Made by a program: the position numbers and the translations under genes. The notes below the pieces were generated by a model that saw nothing but the letters and a program-made list of their open reading frames with translations, ran no database searches and was not told the origin of the DNA. From contig CAZVLL010000005.1 in assembly GCA_964628025.1 (NCBI GenBank), forward strand, positions 667 to 64,666: 64,000 bases of DNA, given 5' to 3'. This DNA is from an uncultured Syntrophaceae bacterium. Its GTDB lineage: Bacteria; Desulfobacterota; Syntrophia; Syntrophales; UBA2192. Positions 53,997-62,246 of the stretch are shown here, piece after piece (position 1 is the first letter of the stretch; every line of letters begins with the position of its first letter).

Positions 53997-55346
53997 ATGG
54001 ACAAGAAAGACCTTGCATTCAAGAGACTGTTCCCGTCGATTTCGCTCGACGGAAAACCATTTGTGAACATGGAGTGGTCGGAGCTGCAGGCCAAAAAGAA
54101 GGAACTCACAGCCGCCGGGAAGCGATACCTGGACAAACTGGAGAAGCGCGGTGACGAGCACGAAGCGAATGATGCCGAGGGCGATGCTCTTCGGCTACTT
54201 GAGGACATGCTCGGTGCGGCGGATCGTGAAATCGATGTTCGACTTGAGTCCGGGAGCAAAGGTCCGCGCACTGTCAAGATCGGCCCTTCTCCGAAGAAAG
54301 CTGAAACGGGCGGGCTTCGCTCGGGTGAAGTGGGGCTCCATTACGAGGACCTTTTCGGCAAGGGTGACGGCCTGGGCGGCTTTGAGTCCCGCGATCACTT
54401 TTTCCAGTGCGTTATGGCAAACGCCATACCGGAGAGCCGCACCATGCTGGCCGGTGTGGGCGCACAGGGCGGATTCACAATCCCCACTGAAGTGGCGCGA
54501 GAGATGTGGTCAAGCGTGATTGAGGAGTCCGCTTGTCTCCCATACGTCAAGACCTTTCGCATGGGTACAGGGACACTGAACATCCCTTGCTGGGATTCGG
54601 AAACGAAGTCTGAAGGTGGCATCGGCGGCTTTGAAGGCGACTGGCTCGCCGAGGACGGAACGGCAACCCCGAAGAGCCCGAAGCTTCGGCTTGTGGGGCT
54701 GACGGCCAAGAAGCTTGCGGTATATGTCGACATCTCAAGGGAATGCATCTCTGACAGCCTCACTCTCGGGCAACAGCTCGGCCCGACGATGGTTCGCAAC
54801 CTTGCATACAGCCTGGACGCGGCCCTGATCGACGGCAACGGAGTCGGGCGTCCGCTTGGCATTTTGAACAGCGGGAGCCGCATTCAGGTTGCGCGTGCAG
54901 CGGCGAACCAGATCAGCTTTGCCGATGTTGCTTCGATGTATGTTCGCCTGTATCCGGGCTTTGTGAAAGGCGCCATGTGGCTTGCCTCTCCCGGTGCGAT
55001 TGAGCAACTCTTGAAGCTTCAGGACCCCGGCAACCACTATCTGTGGATTCCGGCCGGTGACGGCTTCAAGACGGGGGTGCCGGGCAACCTTCTCGGTCTT
55101 CCGGTGCAGATCAGCGAGAAGTGCAAGGCGCTCGGGACGGAAGGCGACCTGATTTTGTGCAACCTTGGTCAGATGGCATTTGGGCTTCGCGAGGACTTCA
55201 TCCTGGAGAAGACGAATGCGGCACAGTGGGCTAGGGATCTCGTGAGTCTGAGAGCACTTGTCCGCTGTGATTCGCAGCCCCTTATGGATACTGCAATCAC
55301 TCCCGTGTCCGGCTCGACCCTGAGCTGGGCCGTGACGCTGGTTTAG
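53997..55346 (+). CDS. HK97-fold major capsid protein with N-terminal coiled-coil (delta/scaffold-like) domain
   Basis: ATG at 53997. The helical, charged N-terminal ~110 aa is followed by GGFTIPTEVAREMW..., LTAKKLAVYVDISRE, NGVGRPLGIL and LLGLPVQISEKC, typical of HK97-family capsids. Confidence 0.75.
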   Translation: MDKKDLAFKRLFPSISLDGKPFVNMEWSELQAKKKELTAAGKRYLDKLEKRGDEHEANDAEGDALRLLEDMLGAADREIDVRLESGSKGPRTVKIGPSPKKAETGGLRSGEVGLHYEDLFGKGDGLGGFESRDHFFQCVMANAIPESRTMLAGVGAQGGFTIPTEVAREMWSSVIEESACLPYVKTFRMGTGTLNIPCWDSETKSEGGIGGFEGDWLAEDGTATPKSPKLRLVGLTAKKLAVYVDISRECISDSLTLGQQLGPTMVRNLAYSLDAALIDGNGVGRPLGILNSGSRIQVARAAANQISFADVASMYVRLYPGFVKGAMWLASPGAIEQLLKLQDPGNHYLWIPAGDGFKTGVPGNLLGLPVQISEKCKALGTEGDLILCNLGQMAFGLREDFILEKTNAAQWARDLVSLRALVRCDSQPLMDTAITPVSGSTLSWAVTLV

Positions 55347-55358
55347 GGGGGTGACGCT

Positions 55359-56150
55359 ATGAGCGGAAAAATCAGCGAATTTTTTAAAGTTGACAGCCAG
55401 GTGCTTTCGGTCACTTCCGCTGTGGGAGCTACTTCGATCCCCTTCGATATGCAGAACTTCGATTCGGCGCTTTTGCTCGTGAGCTTTGCGGGTGATGGCG
55501 CGGCGGTTATCGACCTTATGCAGAGCACGGCGGCAACGGCGGCCGGTTCCTCTGCGGCAGGCGGCAAGGTGGGCATCTCTATCGGCTCGTCTGTCTCTAC
55601 TGCGTTCGGGGCGACCGTCGGCGTCAAGGCCATGACCCTGACGTTCACTTCGGCCTCCACGACCGACCAGTATGTCACCCTGTCGGCCGGGACCGTGTCA
55701 AGGAAACTCACCTATACGACCTCAACGGCAAACCTCAACTCGTCTGCGTGGAACTCCACGGGGACGCTGTATTTCGGCAGCACCCTCGGGTCTACCGTCA
55801 ACACGGGCATTTCGCTTACCCTGGAATCCCTCAAGACGGCCCTTGACCATGTGAAGGGCTTCGGCGGCGTGTTCGCGTATTCGACCCCGTCGACCGACAG
55901 CATCAAGATCACGGCCCTCGATTCCGCACCGGGCGGGCTCGGCCTGACGGCGACGGCCATTTTCACCAACGTCATCAATCAGAGCATGGGCGCGTTTGAC
56001 ATCAACGCCGACCAGCTTACAAGCGGAAATCGTTACCTGGCGATCAAGGTTTCAACGGCGACCACGGGCGTTTCCGTCACCATTACGGCGATTAGCGGCG
56101 GCGGGCGGTATCTGCCTCCAGCTGGCGCGAAATTTAAACTTTCGAGCTAA
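55359..56150 (+). CDS. S/T/A/G-rich hypothetical structural protein
   Basis: 263-aa ORF directly after the capsid gene. It has low-complexity beta-rich composition (…TFTSASTTDQYVTLSAGTVSRKLTYTTSTANLNSS…). No family was recognised. Confidence 0.5.
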   Translation: MSGKISEFFKVDSQVLSVTSAVGATSIPFDMQNFDSALLLVSFAGDGAAVIDLMQSTAATAAGSSAAGGKVGISIGSSVSTAFGATVGVKAMTLTFTSASTTDQYVTLSAGTVSRKLTYTTSTANLNSSAWNSTGTLYFGSTLGSTVNTGISLTLESLKTALDHVKGFGGVFAYSTPSTDSIKITALDSAPGGLGLTATAIFTNVINQSMGAFDINADQLTSGNRYLAIKVSTATTGVSVTITAISGGGRYLPPAGAKFKLSS

Positions 56151-56413
56151 ATCCTGGCCAGCGTTTCACGGCCTTGACGGATGCCGAGAGGTGCTTGCGT
56201 GGCCAGGTGGGTTGAACGGCCTTCCACCCTTTCAGACGCAAGCATCGCCGTCTCCTCCTGTCGGCCTGGCCTATCCATCCGGGCCGACTTCAGCGAGCCC
56301 TCTCCGGTGATCATCAGCACCGGAGGGGGCACAAAACGAGGGAAGGCGACCCGAAGCTCCTGCCGGACTATGAGCCCTCACGGCCCGGCGGGAGCGGAGG
56401 TTATAGGTGCAAA

Positions 56414-57145
56414 ATGGGTTATCAAGTAGCAATCGCCACCGTTGTGTGGGTGGGTTCTCGGATCATCACCCGCGCTGCGCTCCGGGCGGGCACGGCAGCG
56501 GCGGCTCGGGCACTTTCAATCCAGACGATGCATCACGTCGAAAGATTCGTTGCCAATCACGCGACGCAGCTCGTCGCAAGGCTGGGGGTTGCTCACGCCC
56601 TGCACTCCGCCATTCGTTCGGGCGCCCGGTATAGGCACGCGGCCGGGGAATTCGAGATTTCTCAGGAAATCCCGTTCGGATTCGAGGTCAACGGCCCGGA
56701 GGTGAAGGCAGACCTCGCGCAGGCGAAGGAGTTTATACAGGGCGAAGGACAAGGCGATGCCCTCCGGGATTCGGCCTCATATCTTGCCGGTCGGATTCGC
56801 CCATTAGTACCCGCTCGAACCGGGCGTGTCCGGGGCTCTGTTGGCTATAGGATCACCGCGCAGGACGATTCAAGCATCGAGGCTGAAGTGGGCCTGAATG
56901 TCCTCTACAGGACGAAGGCAGCGAAATATATAGAACTCGGGACAAGGGCGCACGTCATAGCGCCAGGCCAGAAGCGGGCACTTGCGTGGACACGGGACGG
57001 GGGGATCGTGATGCGGGCACACGTGCACCATCCGGGCACAAAAGGCCTGCACATTGTCGGGAAAACAAAGAACGAGGAAATGCACGCGACGGGCGAGATC
57101 TACATCCAGCGACTTAATCAGAAACTTGCGGCAAGGTACAGGTGA
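56414..57145 (+). CDS. HK97 gp10-like head-tail/neck protein (C-terminal half)
   Basis: 243 aa. The C-terminal AAKYIELGTRAHVIAPGQKRALAW...HHPGTKG resembles the gp10-family YVEFGT...P motif. The N-terminal half is unassigned. Confidence 0.4.
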   Translation: MGYQVAIATVVWVGSRIITRAALRAGTAAAARALSIQTMHHVERFVANHATQLVARLGVAHALHSAIRSGARYRHAAGEFEISQEIPFGFEVNGPEVKADLAQAKEFIQGEGQGDALRDSASYLAGRIRPLVPARTGRVRGSVGYRITAQDDSSIEAEVGLNVLYRTKAAKYIELGTRAHVIAPGQKRALAWTRDGGIVMRAHVHHPGTKGLHIVGKTKNEEMHATGEIYIQRLNQKLAARYR

Positions 57146-57148
57146 CCC

Positions 57149-57319
57149 ATGGATGACACAGGACCCCCTAGGATTGACCAGGAGCCACGAAGTCCCTGCC
57201 GACAGGGCGAAGGTAGGCCATTTACGTTCTCAGCGGGAGATTTCGCCGGTTTCGTCGCCATGACAGCGGCGGCAGTCGTTCTCACTTGTACGATCCTGTT
57301 GGTGCTTCGACTGCTGTGA
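57149..57319 (+). CDS. small protein with C-terminal transmembrane helix (not in ORF track, 56 aa)
   Basis: Manual translation gives MDDTGPPRIDQEPRSPCRQGEGRPFTFSAGDFAGFVAMTAAAVVLTCTILLVLRLL. It starts 4 nt after the gp10-like stop. Confidence 0.3.
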   Translation: MDDTGPPRIDQEPRSPCRQGEGRPFTFSAGDFAGFVAMTAAAVVLTCTILLVLRLL

Positions 57320-57334
57320 TGCCGGACGTGGAGG

Positions 57335-57511
57335 CTAGGCGCCAGGCTTACGGGGTTTCTTCGGGACCTTCTCGGACTTCAGGCCCGATTCGATAAGGCG
57401 GCGGATTGCCTCTGAGCGGTTTGCGATGCGATTCTCGAAACGATAGTCGTCTATCCGTTGCAAGAGGTCCTCTTCCAGGACAAATATGATGCGGGGCTTT
57501 TCGGTTGGCAT
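57335..57511 (-). CDS. ribbon-helix-helix (CopG/Arc-like) protein, 58 aa (not in ORF track)
   Basis: Manual minus-strand translation gives MPTEKPRIIFVLEEDLLQRIDDYRFENRIANRSEAIRRLIESGLKSEKVPKKPRKPGA, the classic RHH pattern. It is the only minus-strand gene in the island and faces an inverted-repeat-rich region. Confidence 0.6.
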   Translation of the reverse strand: MPTEKPRIIFVLEEDLLQRIDDYRFENRIANRSEAIRRLIESGLKSEKVPKKPRKPGA

Positions 57512-57568
57512 GATTCTCTATAACTTAGGCAAGGTTAGCATGCAATAAAAAACATATTGAAGTCATTA

Positions 57569-57597
57569 GGCATATTTGATATGAGTTATGCCATATC
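57569..57597. promoter_or_regulatory. overlapping inverted repeats (GGCATA..TATGCC and GATATG..CATATC), candidate operator
   Basis: These lie in the AT-rich region upstream of the minus-strand RHH gene. RHH repressors typically bind such repeats. Confidence 0.35.
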
Positions 57598-57638
57598 ATA
57601 TCTCCGAAAGATAGGGCGATGAAAATCAGGAACAAAAT

Positions 57639-57707
57639 AAACCCGAAGATCCCTGCATCGGCGACGGTGCGGGCGGCGTCCTACCGCCGGGAGAGGTCTT
57701 CGGGTTT
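57639..57707. terminator. long hairpin with T-rich flanks (terminator or structured RNA)
   Basis: AAACCCGAAGA (57639-57649) pairs with TCTTCGGGTTT (57697-57707). The GC-rich interior has its own GGCGG...CCGCC stem. TATTATTT follows, just before the RBS of the 57732 ORF. Confidence 0.4.
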
Positions 57708-57731
57708 TATTATTTCAGAAAGGAGAAGGCC

Positions 57732-57941
57732 ATGGAAAAGAACGAAGAAGGAAAACTAGTTTTGCACAGTCTGACTTTTGTGAGGGATACGCTGGACATC
57801 ATTCACAACGTACACGAGCATGGGGAACTATGCACGTATGACAAGCTGTACGCGGCGTCGTATCTCACCCAGCAAGCACTGGCTTACGCGGTTGAGAGCC
57901 TTGAAAAACAGATGGTCGAACTTGAACGACTTTTTTCGTAA
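57732..57941 (+). CDS. hypothetical helical protein
   Basis: 69-aa ORF after GAAAGGAGAAGG. No family was recognised. Confidence 0.45.
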   Translation: MEKNEEGKLVLHSLTFVRDTLDIIHNVHEHGELCTYDKLYAASYLTQQALAYAVESLEKQMVELERLFS

Positions 57942-57953
57942 AGGAGGAAGGAC

Positions 57954-58190
57954 ATGGAAGAGCAAGCTGTGCAGGAGACCTTGAGGGAGAAAATTGCGAA
58001 GATACAAGAGGGCCTTTATCAGATTCACTCCTTCGGCCGTATTGCTGAAGAAATGCGGCACGACCCAAACCTCGAGGAAAGAATTAGCGACGGCTTTAGC
58101 GATCCGCAAATGTGCTTGGGCAACGTAATCAGCGAAAAAGCCAAGGCGTTGATCGCCATTACAGATCAAATCGAACTGCGTATCGAGTAA
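57954..58190 (+). CDS. hypothetical helical protein
   Basis: 78-aa ORF after AAGGAGGAAGG. No family was recognised. Confidence 0.45.
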   Translation: MEEQAVQETLREKIAKIQEGLYQIHSFGRIAEEMRHDPNLEERISDGFSDPQMCLGNVISEKAKALIAITDQIELRIE

Positions 58191-58332
58191 CCGTAAAAGG
58201 GAGCTGACAAGGCAAGGCCCCTGGTAAGGAGGGGCAACCAGGGGCCTCATAAAGAGAGATAGTGGGGTAGATGATAAATCCTATTATCATCAGATGATCA
58301 GACAATCAAGGAAAAAGAATAGGGGGTAAACC

Positions 58333-59403
58333 ATGGGCGTCTATAAGGTCGGCAATAACTGGTATATCGACTTTTACATGGAGGGCAAGCGCTACAAAGA
58401 AAGCGTGGGGCCGGTGAACCGGACGATTGCCAAGGAAAAGCTCGTGATCCGAAAGCGGGAAGTTATACAGGGCCAGTATAAGCCGAAAGCCGCCCAAGTC
58501 CCCTTTGAGAAGATGAAGGAACAATATCTTGAGTATTCCGAGGCGAACAAAAAACCATCTTCCTGCGCGCGGGATGATAGCTCGATGAAGCACCTGGAAC
58601 GATATTTCTCCGGAAAGCGTCTCTCCGATATTGCTCCTTTCCTCATTGAAAAGTACAAGGTGCAGCGGCAGGGAGAGAAGGCAGCGCCCGCCACAATCAA
58701 CCGTGAGTTGGGCTGTCTCCGGCACATGTTTAATATGGCGATCAAGTGGGGCAAGTCTCAGAAAAACCCCGTCAGAGAAGTCCGGTTTTTGAAAGAGCCG
58801 AAAGAAAAAGACAGGATACTGAGCCCGGAAGAGGAAAAGAAGCTCCTAGCGGCCGTCAGGGCGGGCCACAAGGCGGGCCATCTTGAGCCGATCATCATTA
58901 CGGCCCTGAATACCGGAATGAGGAAGGGCGAGATCCTGCGCCTGAAGTGGGCAAACGTCGATTTCGGCAACGCCTACATCATCGTTGACGGAACGAAGAC
59001 AGGAGAGATCCGCAAGGTGCCGATGAATCGGGCCTTGACGGAAACGCTCAAAAGGGTTAAAAAGACATCTTCCTGCGAATATGTGTTCTCTGATGGGGAA
59101 AACCCCTACGGGGATGTTAAAACGGGCTGGTGGACGGCCCTGACGAACGCAGGGATAGAAGGTTTCCGATTCCATGACTTGAGGCATACATTCGGCAGTC
59201 GCCTCGGCATGGCGGGCGTGGACATCAAGACGATCCAGGAGTTGATGGGCCACAAAGACATCAAGATGACCATGCGCTACTCACACCCGACGCCGGAGCA
59301 TAAACGGCGGGCGGTTGAGATTTTGGATCGGAGTCACACGAGTTTTCACACGACCCCGGAAAGAGCGAAAAGGAAAAACGTCGTAAGTATCCGTAATAAT
59401 TAA
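58333..59403 (+). CDS. tyrosine recombinase/phage integrase
   Basis: 356 aa. The N-terminal core-binding domain has GVYKVGNNWYIDFY. The catalytic region is TGMRKGEILRLKW...HDLRHTFGSRL...GHKDIKMTMRYSH (R-H-R-Y). Its stop codon lies 2 nt before tRNA position +1. Confidence 0.9.
   Translation: MGVYKVGNNWYIDFYMEGKRYKESVGPVNRTIAKEKLVIRKREVIQGQYKPKAAQVPFEKMKEQYLEYSEANKKPSSCARDDSSMKHLERYFSGKRLSDIAPFLIEKYKVQRQGEKAAPATINRELGCLRHMFNMAIKWGKSQKNPVREVRFLKEPKEKDRILSPEEEKKLLAAVRAGHKAGHLEPIIITALNTGMRKGEILRLKWANVDFGNAYIIVDGTKTGEIRKVPMNRALTETLKRVKKTSSCEYVFSDGENPYGDVKTGWWTALTNAGIEGFRFHDLRHTFGSRLGMAGVDIKTIQELMGHKDIKMTMRYSHPTPEHKRRAVEILDRSHTSFHTTPERAKRKNVVSIRNN
59334..59352 (+). repeat. 19-bp repeat TCACACGAGTTTTCACACG (right copy, inside the int 3' end)
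   Basis: It is identical to 49663-49681. Confidence 0.6.
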
Positions 59404-59404
59404 A

Positions 59405-59445
59405 CGGGCGGTTAGCTCAGTAGGATAGAGCGTTGGTCTCCGGAA
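59405..59445 (+). repeat. attR: 41-bp direct repeat (5' half of the intact tRNA-Arg)
   Basis: It is identical to 49491-49531. Confidence 0.9.
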
Positions 59446-59482
59446 CCAAAGGTCCTGGGTTCGAGCCCCAGATCGCCCGCCA
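59406..59482 (+). tRNA. tRNA-Arg (anticodon CCG)
   Basis: Manual cloverleaf: acceptor GGGCGGT/ATCGCCC, D-arm GCTC-AGTAGGATA-GAGC, anticodon stem TTGGT/ACCAA with loop CTCCGGA, T-arm CTGGG-TTCGAGC-CCCAG, and an encoded CCA. Confidence 0.9.
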
Positions 59483-59491
59483 AGAAAAGCA

Positions 59492-59523
59492 AGGGTCTCA
59501 GAGAAATCTGGGGCCCTTTTTTT
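59492..59523 (+). terminator. intrinsic terminator after the tRNA
   Basis: AGGGTCTCAGA...TCTGGGGCCCT (with G-U pairs) is followed by TTTTTTT. Confidence 0.65.
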
Positions 59524-59644
59524 GACCTATCGAATTATGTTACGTATAGCTTCCTGAAAGTGAGAATTTTGCCTATCTAGTATGTTTTGAACCTTTCAAT
59601 CGGAAATCCTTTAGCGTTTCTTTTTGCTTCTGAAGTCCCTTCGT

Positions 59645-60973
59645 TCATTCTCTATAGTGAAGTGTCTCCATGCCTGCGGAAAAATATTTCGCCACCACCA
59701 TGGTCAGTTCGTCCTTAAGGTCCACGCCCCCGTGACCGGCATAGCGGTCGAACAGCGCCCGGGCAATCTTGCCGAAGGCATCGAGAACCGCCGGGTCGAA
59801 GTGCTTGCCGCGGTCCTGCTCGAGGATATCCATGGTCTCTTTGAAGGTGAGTGACTTCTTGTAGGGCCTGTGGGAGGTCAGGGCGTCAAAGACATCCGAG
59901 ACTGCGAAGATGCGCGCCGTGATCGGGATGTCATCTCCCTTCAGTCCATGGGGATACCCGCCACCAGCGAACTTCTCGTGATGGCAGCCGACGATCGCGG
60001 TCCCCTCGCAGAGCCATGATGACCGCTGTACGATTTCCACTCCCTTGTCCACGTGGGTTTGCATGATCGAGAACTCCTGCGGGTCGAGACGTGCGGGCTT
60101 GAGCAGGATGTTGTCCGGGATGCCGATCTTCCCCACGTCGTGCAGGAAGGAGCCCTTGATCAGGACGCGCATCTCTGCGGCGGTGAGGCCGAGGGCCTCG
60201 CCGATGCGCGTGGAGTAGAGCGTCACTCGGTAATTGTGGGCGTCCGTGTCGCTGTCGCGCTTGGCGATGGCGCTGCCAAGGACCGACAGGGTCTCGAGGT
60301 TCGCCTCGAGCAGATGGGTGGAATAGTCAGACAGCTGCCGTGTGAGCAGGAGGATAATGGGATAGAGCAGCGCCGACACGGCGACGACGATGGCGATTGC
60401 GATCAATGTGTTTCGGACCATCGCTCTCCGCATCACCGCCAGCTCCTGCGGCGAAACCGCGAACATGCCCCGGGTGAAGGCGGCCGTATTCCCGTCCTGA
60501 TCGGCCATGGCGGCCGAAACGAAGACAAACGACGCGTCGCCGATGCTCGTCATCAGGACCTCTTCCTCTCCCGGCCCGGGGAAGAAAAAAGGACGGCTCG
60601 CCATGAAGGCCCTCACCTCGCCGATACCCGGCTGGTCGGAGACCGCCCGCTCGGCTAGGACCACAGACCCGCGGTCATAGACCTGGACATAAACGAACCG
60701 CCCCGCGCGGTAGACCACGGGAGGATCACCACGCCCGAGAACATCACGTAGAGCGGTAACAGCGTCCGTTTGCTGCCGTTCCATCACGAACCGCACCTTT
60801 TCCAGGATGGTGAGCACTCCCCGCCGTCCGAGGTCAGCGACCTCGCGTTGGAACTGCAAATGCTGGGTGTGATAGGTGATCAGTCCCACGACAACAGCGA
60901 TCACGGCCGCGGCAAGACCAAGCCGGACCAAGAGGACCCGGTGGACGAACTTCCGAAGCGGATAGGTCTTCAT
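59645..60973 (-). CDS. HD-GYP-domain cyclic-di-GMP phosphodiesterase with membrane-flanked periplasmic sensor domain
   Basis: 442 aa with two TM segments around a ~170-aa extracytoplasmic region. The C-terminal HD-GYP motifs are SFLHDVGKI and HHEKFAGGGYPHGLKGDDIP. Confidence 0.85.
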   Translation of the reverse strand: MKTYPLRKFVHRVLLVRLGLAAAVIAVVVGLITYHTQHLQFQREVADLGRRGVLTILEKVRFVMERQQTDAVTALRDVLGRGDPPVVYRAGRFVYVQVYDRGSVVLAERAVSDQPGIGEVRAFMASRPFFFPGPGEEEVLMTSIGDASFVFVSAAMADQDGNTAAFTRGMFAVSPQELAVMRRAMVRNTLIAIAIVVAVSALLYPIILLLTRQLSDYSTHLLEANLETLSVLGSAIAKRDSDTDAHNYRVTLYSTRIGEALGLTAAEMRVLIKGSFLHDVGKIGIPDNILLKPARLDPQEFSIMQTHVDKGVEIVQRSSWLCEGTAIVGCHHEKFAGGGYPHGLKGDDIPITARIFAVSDVFDALTSHRPYKKSLTFKETMDILEQDRGKHFDPAVLDAFGKIARALFDRYAGHGGVDLKDELTMVVAKYFSAGMETLHYRE

Positions 60974-61346
60974 GCAATATCCTCTCTACCGTCAGGATTC
61001 ACCTTAACCTGCGTTCTGACCGACAACATTGCAGATCATGCCGGCGTACTCGCCAATATTTTATGTGCTTCGACCGTCACCTTATCAATGAACAGCCGTT
61101 TGATGCAAGCTGTGGAGTATTAGCCCGGTAATAATAAGTATGTCTCTTACGTTGATCTTCCAGGATCCTTTCAGAGCAAGGTTGCAGCCTTTGGGTGAAG
61201 ACGATAGAGCGCCGAGAACGAAGTGTAACCTGACGATGGGTATCAAGCCGAGTAACTTCCTTCCTGTACTCTCTCATTCTCAGTTTTTCTAATCTATGCT
61301 ACATTTCAATTGCAAATCTAGAAAGCAGGCGAAGAACGGGGGAGGT

Positions 61347-62069
61347 ATGAGAAGGCGGATTCGCGAAAGCGGTTTAGTGTTTTGTTTAGTACTCGCGGTT
61401 GTAGTTTTATGCAATGTACAACCGGTAAAGGCTCAGAGTAATCTCACAGTTGAAGGCGTTTGGGAAGTGATGTCAGCAACCCCGCTGACAACAGTAAGTC
61501 AAGGCGACCTAGGGCAAAAGCTATCTATCGTGCAAAAGGGGGATACGTACGAGCTAAAATGGCTGAGTGGCAGTCGCGCCGGCAACCCGAGCGCCTCCTA
61601 CTCCGGAAGCATGATGCAGATTGCGAAAATATATAATGATCCTATCTGGTCAGGTGGGTGGACAGCTGGTGAAGCCCGTGGAGAGGAGCGTGAGCCGGCT
61701 AATCTGGGACAACAAGTTGCTGGGATAATCTACCCCAATACGGTCTCGTATACATTATCGAGTGATGGTCTTTCCCTTCAACGATGTGAGGATGCCGTCA
61801 GAGTTCATTGGAGAGGTGGTCGCTATACGCATTATGAAACATTACCATGCTATTTCAAAGAGACGTTCAGGCGTGTTTCGGGGCCAACGAAAGTAGAAAA
61901 CCGCGGAGACCGGGCATATCAAGCTGATTGCGGCCCAGTTGACCCGAACAGGACAACCCCGATTACGACAGATTTATGCCCAGGAAACCTTGTGGCTATG
62001 ACATATTTCTGCGGGGGGGGGAACTGGATGCCCTTATGTCTGCTGTCCGAAAGGACTCCCTTATCTTAA
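61347..62069 (+). CDS. secreted hypothetical protein
   Basis: ATG at 61347 follows GGGGGAGG. Signal peptide is LVFCLVLAVVVLCNVQPVKAQ. No family was recognised. Confidence 0.5.
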   Translation: MRRRIRESGLVFCLVLAVVVLCNVQPVKAQSNLTVEGVWEVMSATPLTTVSQGDLGQKLSIVQKGDTYELKWLSGSRAGNPSASYSGSMMQIAKIYNDPIWSGGWTAGEARGEEREPANLGQQVAGIIYPNTVSYTLSSDGLSLQRCEDAVRVHWRGGRYTHYETLPCYFKETFRRVSGPTKVENRGDRAYQADCGPVDPNRTTPITTDLCPGNLVAMTYFCGGGNWMPLCLLSERTPLS

Positions 62070-62129
62070 TCACTGCGACTGCAAGTGCTACGCTACTTCG
62101 GATTTTGACTGTCATTCGTATTCTCGTTG

Positions 62130-62246
62130 TCAGGAGCAGCCAAAGCAGTAAAAGAGGAAATTGTGTTTCAGTGTGCCGCCGATGAACAATGCTGCATCAA
62201 ACTTCAGCTTGGCGATGTCGATGCCGAGAACAACAGGATCTGACAT
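62130..62246 (-). pseudogene. IS110-family transposase N-terminal remnant
   Basis: MSDPVVLGIDIAKLKFDAAL matches the characteristic N-terminus of IS110/DEDD transposases (xxGIDxxKxxxDxAx). The frame terminates after ~38 aa. Confidence 0.45.

Larger units (their letters stand above)
49491..59445. mobile_element. ~9.9-kb integrative element (phage-satellite-like island) at tRNA-Arg(CCG)
   Basis: The element is bounded by identical 41-bp direct repeats. It has a tyrosine integrase at the right end, an Xis-like HTH, Prim-Pol/helicase, a P27-type small terminase, an HK97-type capsid and a gp10-like gene. Its intergenic regions are visibly AT-richer than the flanks. Confidence 0.8.

Noticed and set aside
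53507-54277. 256-aa minus-strand ORF inside the island
   Set aside because: It is antisense to the terS-like, hypothetical and capsid genes. It is a Ser/Pro/Arg-rich low-complexity translation.
56181-56429. 82-aa + strand ORF in the 263-bp gap between the S/T-rich gene and the gp10-like gene
   Set aside because: A small head-tail adaptor gene might be expected here. However, this ORF has no RBS, has odd composition and overlaps the next start, so I cannot support it.
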